The notes: generated by a model not told the origin, from the letters alone. A DNA stretch of 64,000 bases from an uncultured Spirochaetaceae bacterium (GCA_964537725.1 CAZICD010000010.1:497-64496), one strand, 5' to 3'; positions 48,145-57,636 are shown, numbered from the stretch's first letter. Program-made: numbers and translations.

Positions 48145-49965
48145 CTACACGATCAGGTCTACCAGGTCGTGTCGTTCTTCGATCGAATTCACCGTGGGGA
48201 CGGCGTTGTCGAACGTCGCCGCTGCGGCTCCGCTGCTCTGCTTGCCGGGTGACCCGTCATCGGTCTGCCCGGAGTCACGGCCGGAATCGGCAACGGTCAC
48301 TTCCAGCCCCGACGCGTCCATGCCGCTTTCGGCGAACGCCTTCTGAAGCGCTGCGAGGTTCTGCTCGAACGCCTCCCGTACATTCTGATTGTCGACAATA
48401 ATCCGTCCGGCTATATGGCCGTCCTGCATCTGCAGCGCGATTCGCACGCTTCCGAGCGATTCAGGCTTCAGATTCAGGCGGATCTCGCCGCGATCGCCGC
48501 CACGAACGACGAGCCTCGCCGAGCGGACGATCTCGCCGTTGAGCTGCTCGTTGAACGCCCGCCGCAGCTCGGCGGTCGCCGTGCTCATCCGGGTCGCCGA
48601 CGCCGCCGATCGGCCCGTCCGGCCGCCCGCGGCGTCCCCGTCGGCCCGCAGCGCTTCGAACGAGCTCGTCGCTTCGCGGCCGGAGCCGGAATCGTCGCCG
48701 GTCGCGCCGCGGCCCTGCGAGGCCTGCGAGCGCAGCGTCGAGCCGCTCCCGTCGTTTTCACGGCGCGCATCGGCGCCTCCGTCGGAACCGCCGCCGGAAT
48801 CGTTGGCGCGTGCACGCAGGTCGCGCACCTCGACGCGCCGGCCCGCGCGTTCGCCGCCTTCATCGCGCGCTTCGCGGGTGGCGTCGCCTCGTCGTGCCGC
48901 CCCGCGCTCCTGCCCGGCGAGTTCGGCGCGAAGATCGCTCTTCGAACCGTCAAGGTCGCCGCGGGCTCTCGCGGCACGGGCCGCTTCGCGCGCGCGCGTG
49001 GCCTCGGCCGCCGCTTCATCCGCCTCGGCGCCGTCGCCCTTCGCCGGCGCGTCGGCGACCGTGTCGTCCGCACGGACCGCGGCCTTTGCCTGGCCCTCGT
49101 GTGAACCGTGACCATCGGCGGAACGAACGCCGTCACCGCGGGGCTCGCTATCGACGCGCACGTCGATCTCCACCGAGGTCCGCCCGTCGCGCCCGGTAAC
49201 GCGTGGTTGCACCGAAGCGCGTCCGCTCTTCTCGGCGCGCGCGAGCGAGTGCTCAGCGTCCGCGGCCGCCTTCATCGCGCCGCTTATCTCACCACCCCCT
49301 CGCGAGGCGAGCTCCTTCGCGGCGTCGGCCGCGCTGTCGGCCGCGCTGTCGGCCGCGCTGTCGGCCGCGCTGTCGGCCGCGCCGGCTGCTGATTCGGACT
49401 TGTCGGCAGACCCGCGCTCGGCCCGGCGGGAGCGCTCGGCGAGCTCGCTGCTCGCGTTCCCGGATTCCTTCCTCGCGGACTCCGCCGCGTCGTCGCGATC
49501 GTCGGCCGCGCGCTTCTCCGCCGCGCGGGCGTCGGCGGAGCGCTCTGCGGCGTCTTCGTCGGCGCGCCTAGTCGCGCGGCGCTCGGCCACGCGGCGCGCC
49601 TCGTCGGCTCGCGATCGATCGGCCGACGCGTCGGTCGGCTCGGGCTGCTTCGGGGTTTCGTTCGAGACCTTCGTGGAGGCGCCCTGCGAGGCGTCGTCGG
49701 AAGGCGGGTCGGTCTGGTGCGGCGTCCGGTCACCGGGAGGCTCGCTCGCCCGCGCCACGTCTCCGGCGTCGCGCGCAGCCGTTCCCGCCTGCATGACGGA
49801 AGCCAAATAGGCGGCGAAGCCGCCGCCAGCGAAGCCGCCGCCAGCGACATCACCGCCGGGCGGCAGACCCGACGCGTTGCGCAGAGGAGACAGCGTCACG
49901 GTCGCGTGGCGTCGTGCGAACTCGACCGAGGCGGCGTCAGGTTGTGGGGTCAGACTAATCGGCAC
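48145..49965 (-). CDS. fliK: flagellar hook-length control protein FliK
   Basis: 606 aa. Very long charged, low-complexity N-terminal and central region. C-terminal Flg_hook-type domain ([40 protein letters not shown]). Lies between flbB and flgD. Confidence 0.7.
   Translation of the reverse strand: MPISLTPQPDAASVEFARRHATVTLSPLRNASGLPPGGDVAGGGFAGGGFAAYLASVMQAGTAARDAGDVARASEPPGDRTPHQTDPPSDDASQGASTKVSNETPKQPEPTDASADRSRADEARRVAERRATRRADEDAAERSADARAAEKRAADDRDDAAESARKESGNASSELAERSRRAERGSADKSESAAGAADSAADSAADSAADSAADAAKELASRGGGEISGAMKAAADAEHSLARAEKSGRASVQPRVTGRDGRTSVEIDVRVDSEPRGDGVRSADGHGSHEGQAKAAVRADDTVADAPAKGDGAEADEAAAEATRAREAARAARARGDLDGSKSDLRAELAGQERGAARRGDATREARDEGGERAGRRVEVRDLRARANDSGGGSDGGADARRENDGSGSTLRSQASQGRGATGDDSGSGREATSSFEALRADGDAAGGRTGRSAASATRMSTATAELRRAFNEQLNGEIVRSARLVVRGGDRGEIRLNLKPESLGSVRIALQMQDGHIAGRIIVDNQNVREAFEQNLAALQKAFAESGMDASGLEVTVADSGRDSGQTDDGSPGKQSSGAAAATFDNAVPTVNSIEERHDLVDLIV
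49324..49382 (-). repeat. 12-bp in-frame tandem repeat (about 4.9 copies) inside fliK
   Basis: Plus-strand unit GTCGGCCGCGCT is repeated head-to-tail. It encodes (AADS)n: [20 protein letters not shown]. Confidence 0.9.
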
Positions 49966-50602
49966 CCTCTATCTCCGGCAGCATCTCGATTTTTTCACCG
50001 ATTGTTGCTGCTCGGTCGGAGGGCATCAACGAAAGCCAGAACGGTACGATCGACGCCTGGCCGGCCTCTTCAGCAAGCTCATCGGTCACCAGGAGCACGT
50101 CGATCAGCGTCGGGTCCTGATACCCGACCATGATGTTCACGGCGTCCTCCGGCGGCATGTTGGTGAGATACGTTGAGAGCTTCACCAACGCTGCTCTTTC
50201 ATTCTCGACTCGCCGAAGAGCTTCGTTTACTGAATTTTCGCGGTCGGCAAGCGTCGCCTCCCGCTCCTCGAGTTGCTCGGCCAGCGCCTGGAGCTCCGCT
50301 TCTCGCGCGTCCAGCGACGCGGCGCGCTCGTCGAGCTGGCCCGAGAGAATGGCCAGCGCTTCTTCGCGCTTCCCGAGCCGCTCGTCCTCGAGCAGGAGCG
50401 GGCTGTCCTCGACGGTGACCGGCTCCTCGCGCGGTTCGAGTCCGACCCACCGCAACGCCGGGGAGAACAGCGATGTGACGTCGATCAGGCCGAGGAAATC
50501 GAACCAGAGCGCTCCACCGAACGCGAGCACGAGAACGAGCAGCGTCAGCCCGAAGATGCGCGGCGCCGCGCCGACACGACTGTAGCCCTGATCGTCATAC
50601 AT
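49955..50602 (-). CDS. flbB: FlbB/YlxF-type flagellar protein (spirochaete collar-associated family)
   Basis: 215 aa. N-terminal TM helix, a coiled coil and a C-terminal MgtE-N-like segment (MPPEDAVNIMVGYQDPTLIDVLL). Lies between fliJ and fliK, as flbB does in Borrelia and ylxF in Bacillus. Confidence 0.6.
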   Translation of the reverse strand: MYDDQGYSRVGAAPRIFGLTLLVLVLAFGGALWFDFLGLIDVTSLFSPALRWVGLEPREEPVTVEDSPLLLEDERLGKREEALAILSGQLDERAASLDAREAELQALAEQLEEREATLADRENSVNEALRRVENERAALVKLSTYLTNMPPEDAVNIMVGYQDPTLIDVLLVTDELAEEAGQASIVPFWLSLMPSDRAATIGEKIEMLPEIEGAD

Positions 50603-51056
50603 CGTCTTCCTCCGACTCGAAGCGCCGACGCGCGTGCATCGACCCGGCGATCTCGTCCAGGTTCCGATGCTCCTCGCGACTCGCGTCCTTGTAGTACTCG
50701 TCGCTGCGGCGGTCCTTCAGCTTGGTGAGCGCCTTCCGCGCGCTGCTCGCCTCCAGATAGCCCTCGCGGACACGATCGCGCTCGGCCTCCAGCCCCACCA
50801 GCCGACTCTGCAGCTGGCGAACCCGGTCGTCGATCAGCGTCACGTAGTCCTCCCGGCTGCGCAGGTAATCGAGGTCGATCGCACCGCGCCGGGCGCCGGA
50901 ACGCGTGGTGGCGTGGCGGCGGTTGCCCCACTCGGTGAGCTCGTTCTCCACCGCGATGACCCGGCCGGTGACCTCGGCGAGCTTCAGCTCCCACTCCTGC
51001 TCGTGGTAGCGGCGGAGCTCCAGGACCTTCTCGAGCTGAAACGAGAACCTACGCAT
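50595..51056 (-). CDS. fliJ: flagellar export chaperone FliJ
   Basis: 153 aa, all-helical. MRRFSFQLEKVLELRRYHEQE start is typical of FliJ. 8-nt overlaps on both sides. Confidence 0.7.
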   Translation of the reverse strand: MRRFSFQLEKVLELRRYHEQEWELKLAEVTGRVIAVENELTEWGNRRHATTRSGARRGAIDLDYLRSREDYVTLIDDRVRQLQSRLVGLEAERDRVREGYLEASSARKALTKLKDRRSDEYYKDASREEHRNLDEIAGSMHARRRFESEEDDV

Positions 51057-52494
51057 TCGGCGAATCCTCCGCGCCCGACGCCTCGCCGTCTCCGAGCTGC
51101 TGAGAGAGGAGCCCCGACACCGAGTCCGGACGGGCGGTACGCGCGGGGGCAGGCTTCGCCTCGGGCTCCTCCACCGCCGGCTCGTCTTCTCCGGCTATCT
51201 CGAGGAGGCGGGCGCGGGTCTCCTCAATGGGAGCGCGCTCGTTGATCTGCTGGCGCAGGAAGTCGTTGATCTCCGGCTGCTTGTCGATCGCCTCGTCGAT
51301 CTCGGCGTTCGTGCCCTTCGCGTAGGCGCCCACGTTGATGAGGTCCTCCGACTCGCGGTAGGTCGCGAGCATCCGCCGGACGTACCCGGCCGCCTGCTGC
51401 AACTGGGGTGAGGTGACCTTGTTCGCGAGACGCGAGACCGAATCGAGCACGTCGACGGCCGGGTAGTGGAAGCGCTGGGCGAGCCGGCGGCTGAGCACGA
51501 GGTGGCCGTCGAGGATCCCGCGCACCGTGTCGGAGACCGGCTCGTCCATGTCGTCGCCTTCCACGAGGATCGAATAGAAGCCGGTGATGGACCCGTTCGC
51601 GCTCGTTCCCGACCGTTCGAGCAGCCGCGGAAGCGTGCTGAAAACGCTCGGCGGGAAGCCGCGAGTGGCCGGCGCCTCGCCGGTCGCGAGGCCGATCTCC
51701 CGCTGCGCGCGCGCGAAGCGCGTCACCGAGTCGAAGAGGAGCATCACGTCGTTGCCCTGGTCGCGGAAATACTCGGCGATCGCCGTCGCCACGAACGCGC
51801 CGCGCAGGCGGGCGAGCGGTGGCGTATTCGAGGTCGAAACGACGACGACGCTGCGTGCGAGTCCTTCGCGACCGAGGTCGTTCTCGAGGAACTCGCGCAC
51901 CTCGCGCCCACGCTCTCCAATGAGCGCGATCACGTTGACGTCCGCGCGGGTATTGCGCGCGATCATGCCGATCAGCGTGCTCTTGCCGATCCCGCTTCCG
52001 CTGAAGATGCCCAGCCGCTGTCCCTTGCCCGTCGCGATCATCCCGTCGATCGCGCGGACGCCGGTCACGAGCTGTTCGCGGATCGTCCGACGCTCGAGCG
52101 GATCGGGAGGGGTCGCCACAACGGGGTAGAGCGTACGCGTGTTGATGTCCCCACGACCGTCGACCGCCTTGCCGAGCGGCCCCACCACGCGGCCGAGCAG
52201 GTCTTCGCCCACCGGAACGCTGAGCGTGCTGCCGCTCGCGATCACGCGCGAGCCGATCTGAATACCCTCGATGTCGGTGAACGGCATGAGCTGCACGGTC
52301 CGGCCCTTCAGCCCGACGACCTCGCCCCAGACCATGGGACCGTCCGGCGAGAGCTCGATCTGGCATACTTCGCCGACCACCGCCTGCGGGCCGGTGCTCT
52401 CGATGAGCAGTCCCTGCACGCGGTCCACCCGACCGATGTAGCGGATCGTCTCCGTCCGTTCCACGACGGCGGTGTACTTGTCAAAAACGCCCAC
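51049..52494 (-). CDS. fliI: flagellum-specific ATPase FliI
   Basis: Walker A GSGIGKST and Walker B MLLFDSVTRFA, with an F1-ATPase-like fold. Carries a C-terminal acidic extension of about 45 aa. Confidence 0.95.
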   Translation of the reverse strand: MGVFDKYTAVVERTETIRYIGRVDRVQGLLIESTGPQAVVGEVCQIELSPDGPMVWGEVVGLKGRTVQLMPFTDIEGIQIGSRVIASGSTLSVPVGEDLLGRVVGPLGKAVDGRGDINTRTLYPVVATPPDPLERRTIREQLVTGVRAIDGMIATGKGQRLGIFSGSGIGKSTLIGMIARNTRADVNVIALIGERGREVREFLENDLGREGLARSVVVVSTSNTPPLARLRGAFVATAIAEYFRDQGNDVMLLFDSVTRFARAQREIGLATGEAPATRGFPPSVFSTLPRLLERSGTSANGSITGFYSILVEGDDMDEPVSDTVRGILDGHLVLSRRLAQRFHYPAVDVLDSVSRLANKVTSPQLQQAAGYVRRMLATYRESEDLINVGAYAKGTNAEIDEAIDKQPEINDFLRQQINERAPIEETRARLLEIAGEDEPAVEEPEAKPAPARTARPDSVSGLLSQQLGDGEASGAEDSPNA

Positions 52495-52517
52495 GGGCCC
52501 CTCCTCCCGGCGCGATG

Positions 52518-53429
52518 CTATCTCTTCTTCGCTTTCACGGGCACCAATTCGAGAATACGGTCTTCGATCTCCTGGAGCTGGCTCGCGATCCGCGCGTCGA
52601 TCTCTCCGAAATCGGTCTCGATGATCGCACCACCCGGGTCGACCGTACTGTCCTCGGCCACGGTGATGTGGTGCTCGCGTTCGACTCGTTCGATGATATC
52701 CTGAACGTGGCTGGTGACCATCTCCAGGTCCTCGATGTTCACCCGGATGATCACATCGGTCTTCTCCTTCAGCTTCCGCAGCGCCTGCACGACGTTGTTC
52801 ACGACGACGTTACGCTGATTCTCGCTGATGACCTTCACCACCTTCTTCGCGATCTGAACGACGAGGTTCACGATCTGCGTCTCCGATTCCTCGATGATCT
52901 CGTTGCGCCGGTCGATCGCCTTGTTGATGATCACGTGAAGCCGTTCGACGAGCCGTTCGTGCTCGGCCTGCCCCTCCTCGAAGCCCTTCTCGCGCCCCTC
53001 TTCGAACCCGGCGCGCCGCGCGTCCTCTTCGGCGTCCTGCGCCTTGCGCTCGGCCTCACGGGTGATATCGGCTGCCTTCTGCTCGGCCTCGGAGACGATC
53101 CGACTCGCCTCACTCTCGGCGTCGCTGTGAATCGTCTGCGCTTCTTCCTGCTTGCTCTTCACTTCCTGGAAGGCGACGCGTTCGGCGTCTTTGACGATCC
53201 GGTCGGCCTCGTCGCGCGCGCGCTGGAGCATAGATTCCTTTTCCTGCTCCCATTGCGCCTGGAACTCCTCGGCCTCACGGCGGAGGTCGTCGGCGGTCGG
53301 GCCGGTGTACTCCTCGACCTCTTCGGCCTCCTCGGGAACGAGTTGCGGAGCGAACTCCTCCGGCGGCTGCACGTAGACCTTCCGGAAGGTGTTCTTGATC
53401 TCCTGCGCACGAAACACGTTCTTTGCCAT
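52518..53429 (-). CDS. fliH: flagellar export protein FliH
   Basis: 303 aa. Charged coiled-coil N-terminal half. C-terminal V-ATPase-E/FliH-like region (GGAIIETDFGEIDARI). Confidence 0.8.
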   Translation of the reverse strand: MAKNVFRAQEIKNTFRKVYVQPPEEFAPQLVPEEAEEVEEYTGPTADDLRREAEEFQAQWEQEKESMLQRARDEADRIVKDAERVAFQEVKSKQEEAQTIHSDAESEASRIVSEAEQKAADITREAERKAQDAEEDARRAGFEEGREKGFEEGQAEHERLVERLHVIINKAIDRRNEIIEESETQIVNLVVQIAKKVVKVISENQRNVVVNNVVQALRKLKEKTDVIIRVNIEDLEMVTSHVQDIIERVEREHHITVAEDSTVDPGGAIIETDFGEIDARIASQLQEIEDRILELVPVKAKKR

Positions 53430-53450
53430 CGGCTACACCACCATCCTCAT

Positions 53451-53512
53451 GAAGAACGCCACAGGCGTTCTTCGGAACTTGTTGTTTGATCGCAGGATCA
53501 AACAACAAGTTC
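53451..53512 (-). other. two adjacent intercistronic stem-loops between fliG and fliH
   Basis: Hairpin A (53475-53512) is a perfect 17-bp stem GAACTTGTTGTTTGATC / GATCAAACAACAAGTTC with loop GCAG. It includes the last fliG codons and the stop. Hairpin B (53451-53473) is a 10-bp stem GAAGAACGCC / GGCGTTCTTC with a 3-nt loop. Confidence 0.7.
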
Positions 53513-54559
53513 GTCTTCGCCCGCGCGGGCGACGACGATCTCACCCTGCTCTTCGAGCTTGCGGATGATACTCACGATCTTCTGCTGCGACTCCTCCACA
53601 TCCTTCATGCGGATCGGCCCCATGTACTCCATGTCTTCCTTGAGGAGCGTCGCGGCGCGCTTACTCATGTTGCGGAAGATCTTGTCCTGGACCTCAGTAT
53701 CGACGCTCTTCAGCGCCTTCGCCATTTCGCTGACGTCCACTTCACGCAGCACCTTCTGAATCGCACGATCGTCGAGCATGACGATGTCCTCGAAGACGAA
53801 CATGCGCTTCTTGATGTCCTCGGCGAGCTCGGGGTCCTCTTCCTCGAGGCTCTCGATGATCACCTTCTCCGTCGACCGATCGACGAGGTTGAGGATCTCC
53901 ACGATGCTCTCGACACCACCGGCGGCGGTGTAGTCCTCGCTACTGAGCGTGGAGAGCTTCTTTTCGAGCACACGCTCGACCTCGCGGAGCGTCTCCGGCG
54001 AGGTGCGGTCCATCGTCGCGATGCGCTTGGCGACGTCGCTCTGGATCTCATGAGGCAGGCTCGAGAGGATGATCGACGCCTTCTGCGGCTCGAGATACGC
54101 GAGGATGAGCGCGATCGTCTGCGGGTGCTCGGTCTGAATGAAGTTCAGCAGGTGCATCGGGTCGGTCCGACGCACGAAGTCGAACGGGCGGACCTGGAGG
54201 CTCGAGGTGAGCCGGTTGATGATGTCGACCGCCTTCTGGCTTCCCAGGCTCTTCTCGAGCAGCTCGCGGGCGTACTCGATGCCGCCGGTCGTGATGAAGT
54301 CCTGAGCCATCATCAGCTCCTGGAACTCCATCAGAACGCTGTCGCGTTCCTCGCTGTCCACGCTCTCGAGTCGGGCGATCTCGAAGGTCAGCGCTTCGAT
54401 CTCATCCTCGCGCAGGTGCTTGAAGATCTCCGATGAGATCTCGCTGCCCACCGTCACGAGGAAGATCGCCGCCTTCTGTCGCCCGGTCAGTTCCTTCTTC
54501 AGGCCGCTTTTCTTGCCTCCGCCGCCTCCGGCGACGGCACCGGCTGTCTGCTTTGCCAT
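53498..54559 (-). CDS. fliG: flagellar motor switch protein FliG
   Basis: LTGRQKAAIFLV, EHPQTIALILAYL and MFVFEDI motifs, plus the C-terminal torque helix region. Confidence 0.95.
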   Translation of the reverse strand: MAKQTAGAVAGGGGGKKSGLKKELTGRQKAAIFLVTVGSEISSEIFKHLREDEIEALTFEIARLESVDSEERDSVLMEFQELMMAQDFITTGGIEYARELLEKSLGSQKAVDIINRLTSSLQVRPFDFVRRTDPMHLLNFIQTEHPQTIALILAYLEPQKASIILSSLPHEIQSDVAKRIATMDRTSPETLREVERVLEKKLSTLSSEDYTAAGGVESIVEILNLVDRSTEKVIIESLEEEDPELAEDIKKRMFVFEDIVMLDDRAIQKVLREVDVSEMAKALKSVDTEVQDKIFRNMSKRAATLLKEDMEYMGPIRMKDVEESQQKIVSIIRKLEEQGEIVVARAGEDELVV

Positions 54560-54560
54560 A

Positions 54561-56264
54561 CTACTCCTCCATCAGCCAGGTGCGAATGAGCTGCGCCACG
54601 TCTTCGGGATGCTCACGCGCCATGTTGATGGCATTCTCCTGCATCTCCAGTCTAGCACGTTCCTCGACCGACATCTCGACCTCGGTTCCCTCCTCCTCGG
54701 CGCTTCGCAGCGCGGCTTCTCGCATCGCCTGATGCTGCCGCGCGAGCTCCTCTTCGCGAAGTCGGCGCCGGCGCTCCACCTCGCGGCTGATGAGCCGGAA
54801 GGCGATGAAGGCGACGAGGAGGACGGCGATGCCGATCAGGCTGTAGAGCACGATCTGCTGCACCTGGCGCTGTCGTCGTGCCGCCGCGTCCTCCTGGAGG
54901 TGTTCCGCGGTGCGGTCGAACTGGACGTGCTGCACCGTCACCGCGTCGCCTCGATCCGCGCTGAATCCGATCGCGTGCTCGACGATCTGCTCGACCGACG
55001 CGAGGAGCTCCTCCGAGGGAGCCGTGTAGGTCCGCTGGATCGTCCCGTCCGGGCTAATGATCAGCTGACCGTTATCATCATACTCGTTTCGCCAGACTCC
55101 GTCGATCGCCACGCCGACGGTGCGTCGACCGAGCGTCGGGCTCTTCACTTCCTGCGTCTCGCGCGTGGAGACCTCGTTGTTCTGCCGGCGGACGGTGTTG
55201 CTCCACTCGCCGACCTGGTCCTGCAGGTCCTGATACGCGGGAGGCGTCTGCCCCTCCTGGCCGGGAGGTCCCTCCGGGTTGAAGCCGGTACCCCTGAACT
55301 GCTCCTCGGTGCTTTCGATGGAGAGAGGCACGTAGAGCTCGAGCTCCGAGTCGTCGTACGGGGTCAGCGGGTTGTCCTCGCGGATCACCGTGGGCAGCAC
55401 CTCGTGCGTGTTGATCTCCTGCTGGCTCATGTCGATCTCGACCTCGAGCCGCGGGATGCGCACACGATCGGGCGTCAGCATGCCGGCGAGCCCTTCGAGG
55501 ATCTCGGCCCGTATCCGGCTCTCCTCGCTCGCCTTCAGCTCCAGTTCCTCGCGCGTCTGCTGGATGCGATCGAAGGCGGTGAGGTTATCGAAGTCGTTCA
55601 GGACGACGCCCGAGGTGTCGGTGATCGTGATATTGGCCGGCTCGAGCCCCTCGATCGCAAACTGGATGAGCTTCTCGATGCCTTCGATCTTCGAACGGTT
55701 GTCGCGGATGTCGCTTCCCGGCTTGGCCATGATGATGACGCTCGCCGTGATGGGATTCTGCTCCTCGAGGAAGAGCCGATCCTCCGGAAACGCGATCGTT
55801 ACGCTCGCGTTGTCGACGTCGTCGATCGCCTCGACGTGCATCTCGAGCTGACGCGTCAGCGCCCGCTGCAGATTCACGTTGCGCTCGAAGTCGGTCTGTG
55901 TCCATCGCTCCACGTCGAAGAGCTGCCACGGATCGGTATCCGGCGGTACGAGGTCCTCGCGCACGAGGATGCTCCGCGCTCGACGCGCGGCGCCCTGGTC
56001 GTCGACGAGGATGTGCGCGTCCGAGGTCACCGTGTACTCGATCCCTTCCTCGTCGAGCCGGATGCCGATCCGGTCGAGATCTTCGGGGTCGGTAATCGGG
56101 CGCGAGAAGAGCTCGACCCGCGACGGCTGGGCGCTGAACGTGATCAGCAGCACGATCCCGAGGACGACCACTCCCACGATAGAGAGAAAGATCACCTTCT
56201 GAACGGGCTTCCACTGGCTCCAGAGGTTCTTGATCTGCGCGATGAGTTTACGAAACCACTCCAT
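54561..56264 (-). CDS. fliF: flagellar MS-ring protein FliF
   Basis: 567 aa from MEWFRKL, with GGGAGGGG SD 3 nt upstream. The ORF is open to TTG 56276. Has N- and C-terminal TM helices and the conserved ring-building region. Confidence 0.9.
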   Translation of the reverse strand: MEWFRKLIAQIKNLWSQWKPVQKVIFLSIVGVVVLGIVLLITFSAQPSRVELFSRPITDPEDLDRIGIRLDEEGIEYTVTSDAHILVDDQGAARRARSILVREDLVPPDTDPWQLFDVERWTQTDFERNVNLQRALTRQLEMHVEAIDDVDNASVTIAFPEDRLFLEEQNPITASVIIMAKPGSDIRDNRSKIEGIEKLIQFAIEGLEPANITITDTSGVVLNDFDNLTAFDRIQQTREELELKASEESRIRAEILEGLAGMLTPDRVRIPRLEVEIDMSQQEINTHEVLPTVIREDNPLTPYDDSELELYVPLSIESTEEQFRGTGFNPEGPPGQEGQTPPAYQDLQDQVGEWSNTVRRQNNEVSTRETQEVKSPTLGRRTVGVAIDGVWRNEYDDNGQLIISPDGTIQRTYTAPSEELLASVEQIVEHAIGFSADRGDAVTVQHVQFDRTAEHLQEDAAARRQRQVQQIVLYSLIGIAVLLVAFIAFRLISREVERRRRLREEELARQHQAMREAALRSAEEEGTEVEMSVEERARLEMQENAINMAREHPEDVAQLIRTWLMEE

Positions 56265-56280
56265 GTCCCCTCCCAAGGGC

Positions 56281-56339
56281 GTCGGGCCGTCTGCTAACGG
56301 TCAGTCGGCCCGACCTGTCGTTCGACCCCGATTCCGGGG
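56281..56339 (-). other. two intercistronic stem-loops between fliE and fliF
   Basis: First stem: GTCGGGCCG (56281-56289) pairs with CGGCCCGAC (56306-56314), 9 bp, extendable by CTG/CAG. Second stem: CCCCG-ATTC-CGGGG (56326-56339). Confidence 0.55.
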
Positions 56340-56347
56340 CGATCGAG

Positions 56348-56695
56348 CTATCTCACGTTCTGGATCTCCCGGTACGCCTGGATCACCCGATCCACGACGC
56401 TCTTCGTGATGCTCAGGCTCAGGTTCGCCTTCGCCGCGGCGATCGACACGTCGTGCGTGTTCACGCTCTCCGGGTCAACAGCCGCCTGGACCGAAAGCTG
56501 GTCCGCGGTCTGCTGCTGGTCGTTCACCGAGTTCAGGCTGTCGAGCAGCAACGAGGCGAACGTGCCGCCCTGCGCGCTCGAGCCTTGCGCGGCCGTGCCC
56601 GACTCGGGGTCGAGCCGACCGGTGAAGTGCCGCGAATCGGTCCGCGCGAGCACGAGCTCGTGTCCGCTTACCTGTTGTGCGCTCATGAACGTCAT
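56348..56695 (-). CDS. fliE: flagellar hook-basal body protein FliE
   Basis: 115 aa. FASLLLDSLNSVNDQQ and the C-terminal helix VVDRVIQAYREIQNVR. Positioned after flgC. Confidence 0.85.
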   Translation of the reverse strand: MTFMSAQQVSGHELVLARTDSRHFTGRLDPESGTAAQGSSAQGGTFASLLLDSLNSVNDQQQTADQLSVQAAVDPESVNTHDVSIAAAKANLSLSITKSVVDRVIQAYREIQNVR

Positions 56696-56706
56696 CTATC
56701 CCCTCC

Positions 56707-57165
56707 CTATCGGCCTATGTTGATGGCCTGCTGGAACATCGTCTTCGCGCCGTTGACCACCGCGATATTCGCCTCGTAGCTGCGCGAGGCCGATATCATG
56801 TCGACCATCTCGTTGACGACGTTCACGTTGGGCATTTCGACGTAGCCCGCGCGGGGCCCGCTCTTGATCGCATCCGGGTGCTCCGGATCCCAGACGAGCC
56901 GCGGTTCGGAGTCCATGTCCTCCTGGATCTCCACGACCCGGACGCCCTGCCCCACGCCGTTGTCGAGTCGAGCCGGCGTGAACGGGCTCTTCCAGTAGGG
57001 CTGATCGACGCGCGGGCGGAGGATCACCCGGCTGCGACGAAAGGGACCGCCCTCCGCGGTTCGCGTCGTGGACGCGTTCGCGATGTTGTTCGAGATGACG
57101 TCCTGGCGCATCCGCTGCGCGGTCAGCCCGCTCGCTGCGGTGTTGATGCTCGTGAACATGCCCAT
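56707..57165 (-). CDS. flgC: flagellar basal-body rod protein FlgC
   Basis: GLTAQRMRQDVISNNIANASTTRT N-terminus. C-terminus SASRSYEANIAVVNGAKTMFQQAINIGR. Confidence 0.92.
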   Translation of the reverse strand: MGMFTSINTAASGLTAQRMRQDVISNNIANASTTRTAEGGPFRRSRVILRPRVDQPYWKSPFTPARLDNGVGQGVRVVEIQEDMDSEPRLVWDPEHPDAIKSGPRAGYVEMPNVNVVNEMVDMISASRSYEANIAVVNGAKTMFQQAINIGR

Positions 57166-57168
57166 GCA

Positions 57169-57591
57169 TTACCCCCTCACCACCAGGTTGACGCGCTGGA
57201 ACTGCTGATTCACCGAGTTGGTCATCATCGAGTAGAGCAACTGGTTGTTCAGGAAGTTCATGCTCTCCACCTCGATGTCGACGTTGTTGCCGTTGTTGTC
57301 GGCGGTCGTGAGGTAATCGAGCCTCCGTTGCGGTTCCACGCTGCGGTAGTCCACCGGCCGCTGGAACGGGATGTGACGCTCGCGCGACATCCGCGCCGGC
57401 AGCGGCTGCGGACGGTTCTCGCTCTCGAGCGCGGCCGCGAGCTGGCTCTCGAAGTTGATGTAGCTGCGCTTGAAATTCGGCGTGTCGGCGTTCGAGATAT
57501 TGTCGGCGATGACGTCCTGGCGCAGCATGGAGACGTCCATGCTGCGGTGGAGAACATCGAGTGTCTTGCCAAAGCTGTTGTTCAGAAACAT
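57169..57591 (-). CDS. flgB: flagellar basal-body rod protein FlgB
   Basis: 140 aa. RQDVIADNISNADTPNFK rod motif. First gene of the motility block, after an 84-nt spacer. Confidence 0.9.
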   Translation of the reverse strand: MFLNNSFGKTLDVLHRSMDVSMLRQDVIADNISNADTPNFKRSYINFESQLAAALESENRPQPLPARMSRERHIPFQRPVDYRSVEPQRRLDYLTTADNNGNNVDIEVESMNFLNNQLLYSMMTNSVNQQFQRVNLVVRG

Positions 57592-57609
57592 GCTTTCCCC
57601 TCTCTATCA

Positions 57610-57636
57610 TCATCGGCCGATCGAGCCGCCGCTTGA
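57610..57636 (-). promoter_or_regulatory. sigma-28-like promoter candidate upstream of flgB
   Basis: Minus strand reads TCAA (57636-57633), 15 nt, GCCGATGA (57617-57610). The consensus is TAAA-N15-GCCGATAA. The -10 ends 18 nt before the flgB ATG. Confidence 0.35.

Noticed and set aside
49324-49382. Short direct repeats as a CRISPR-like array
   Set aside because: The 12-bp units are contiguous with no spacers, are in frame and lie inside fliK. This is a coding tandem repeat, not a CRISPR array.
51049-51190. C-terminal acidic extension of about 45 aa on FliI as a novel domain
   Set aside because: It is low-complexity (E/P/A/G-rich) and overlaps the fliJ start region. Without orthologue comparison I cannot distinguish a real tail from lineage-specific drift, and there is no motif to build on.
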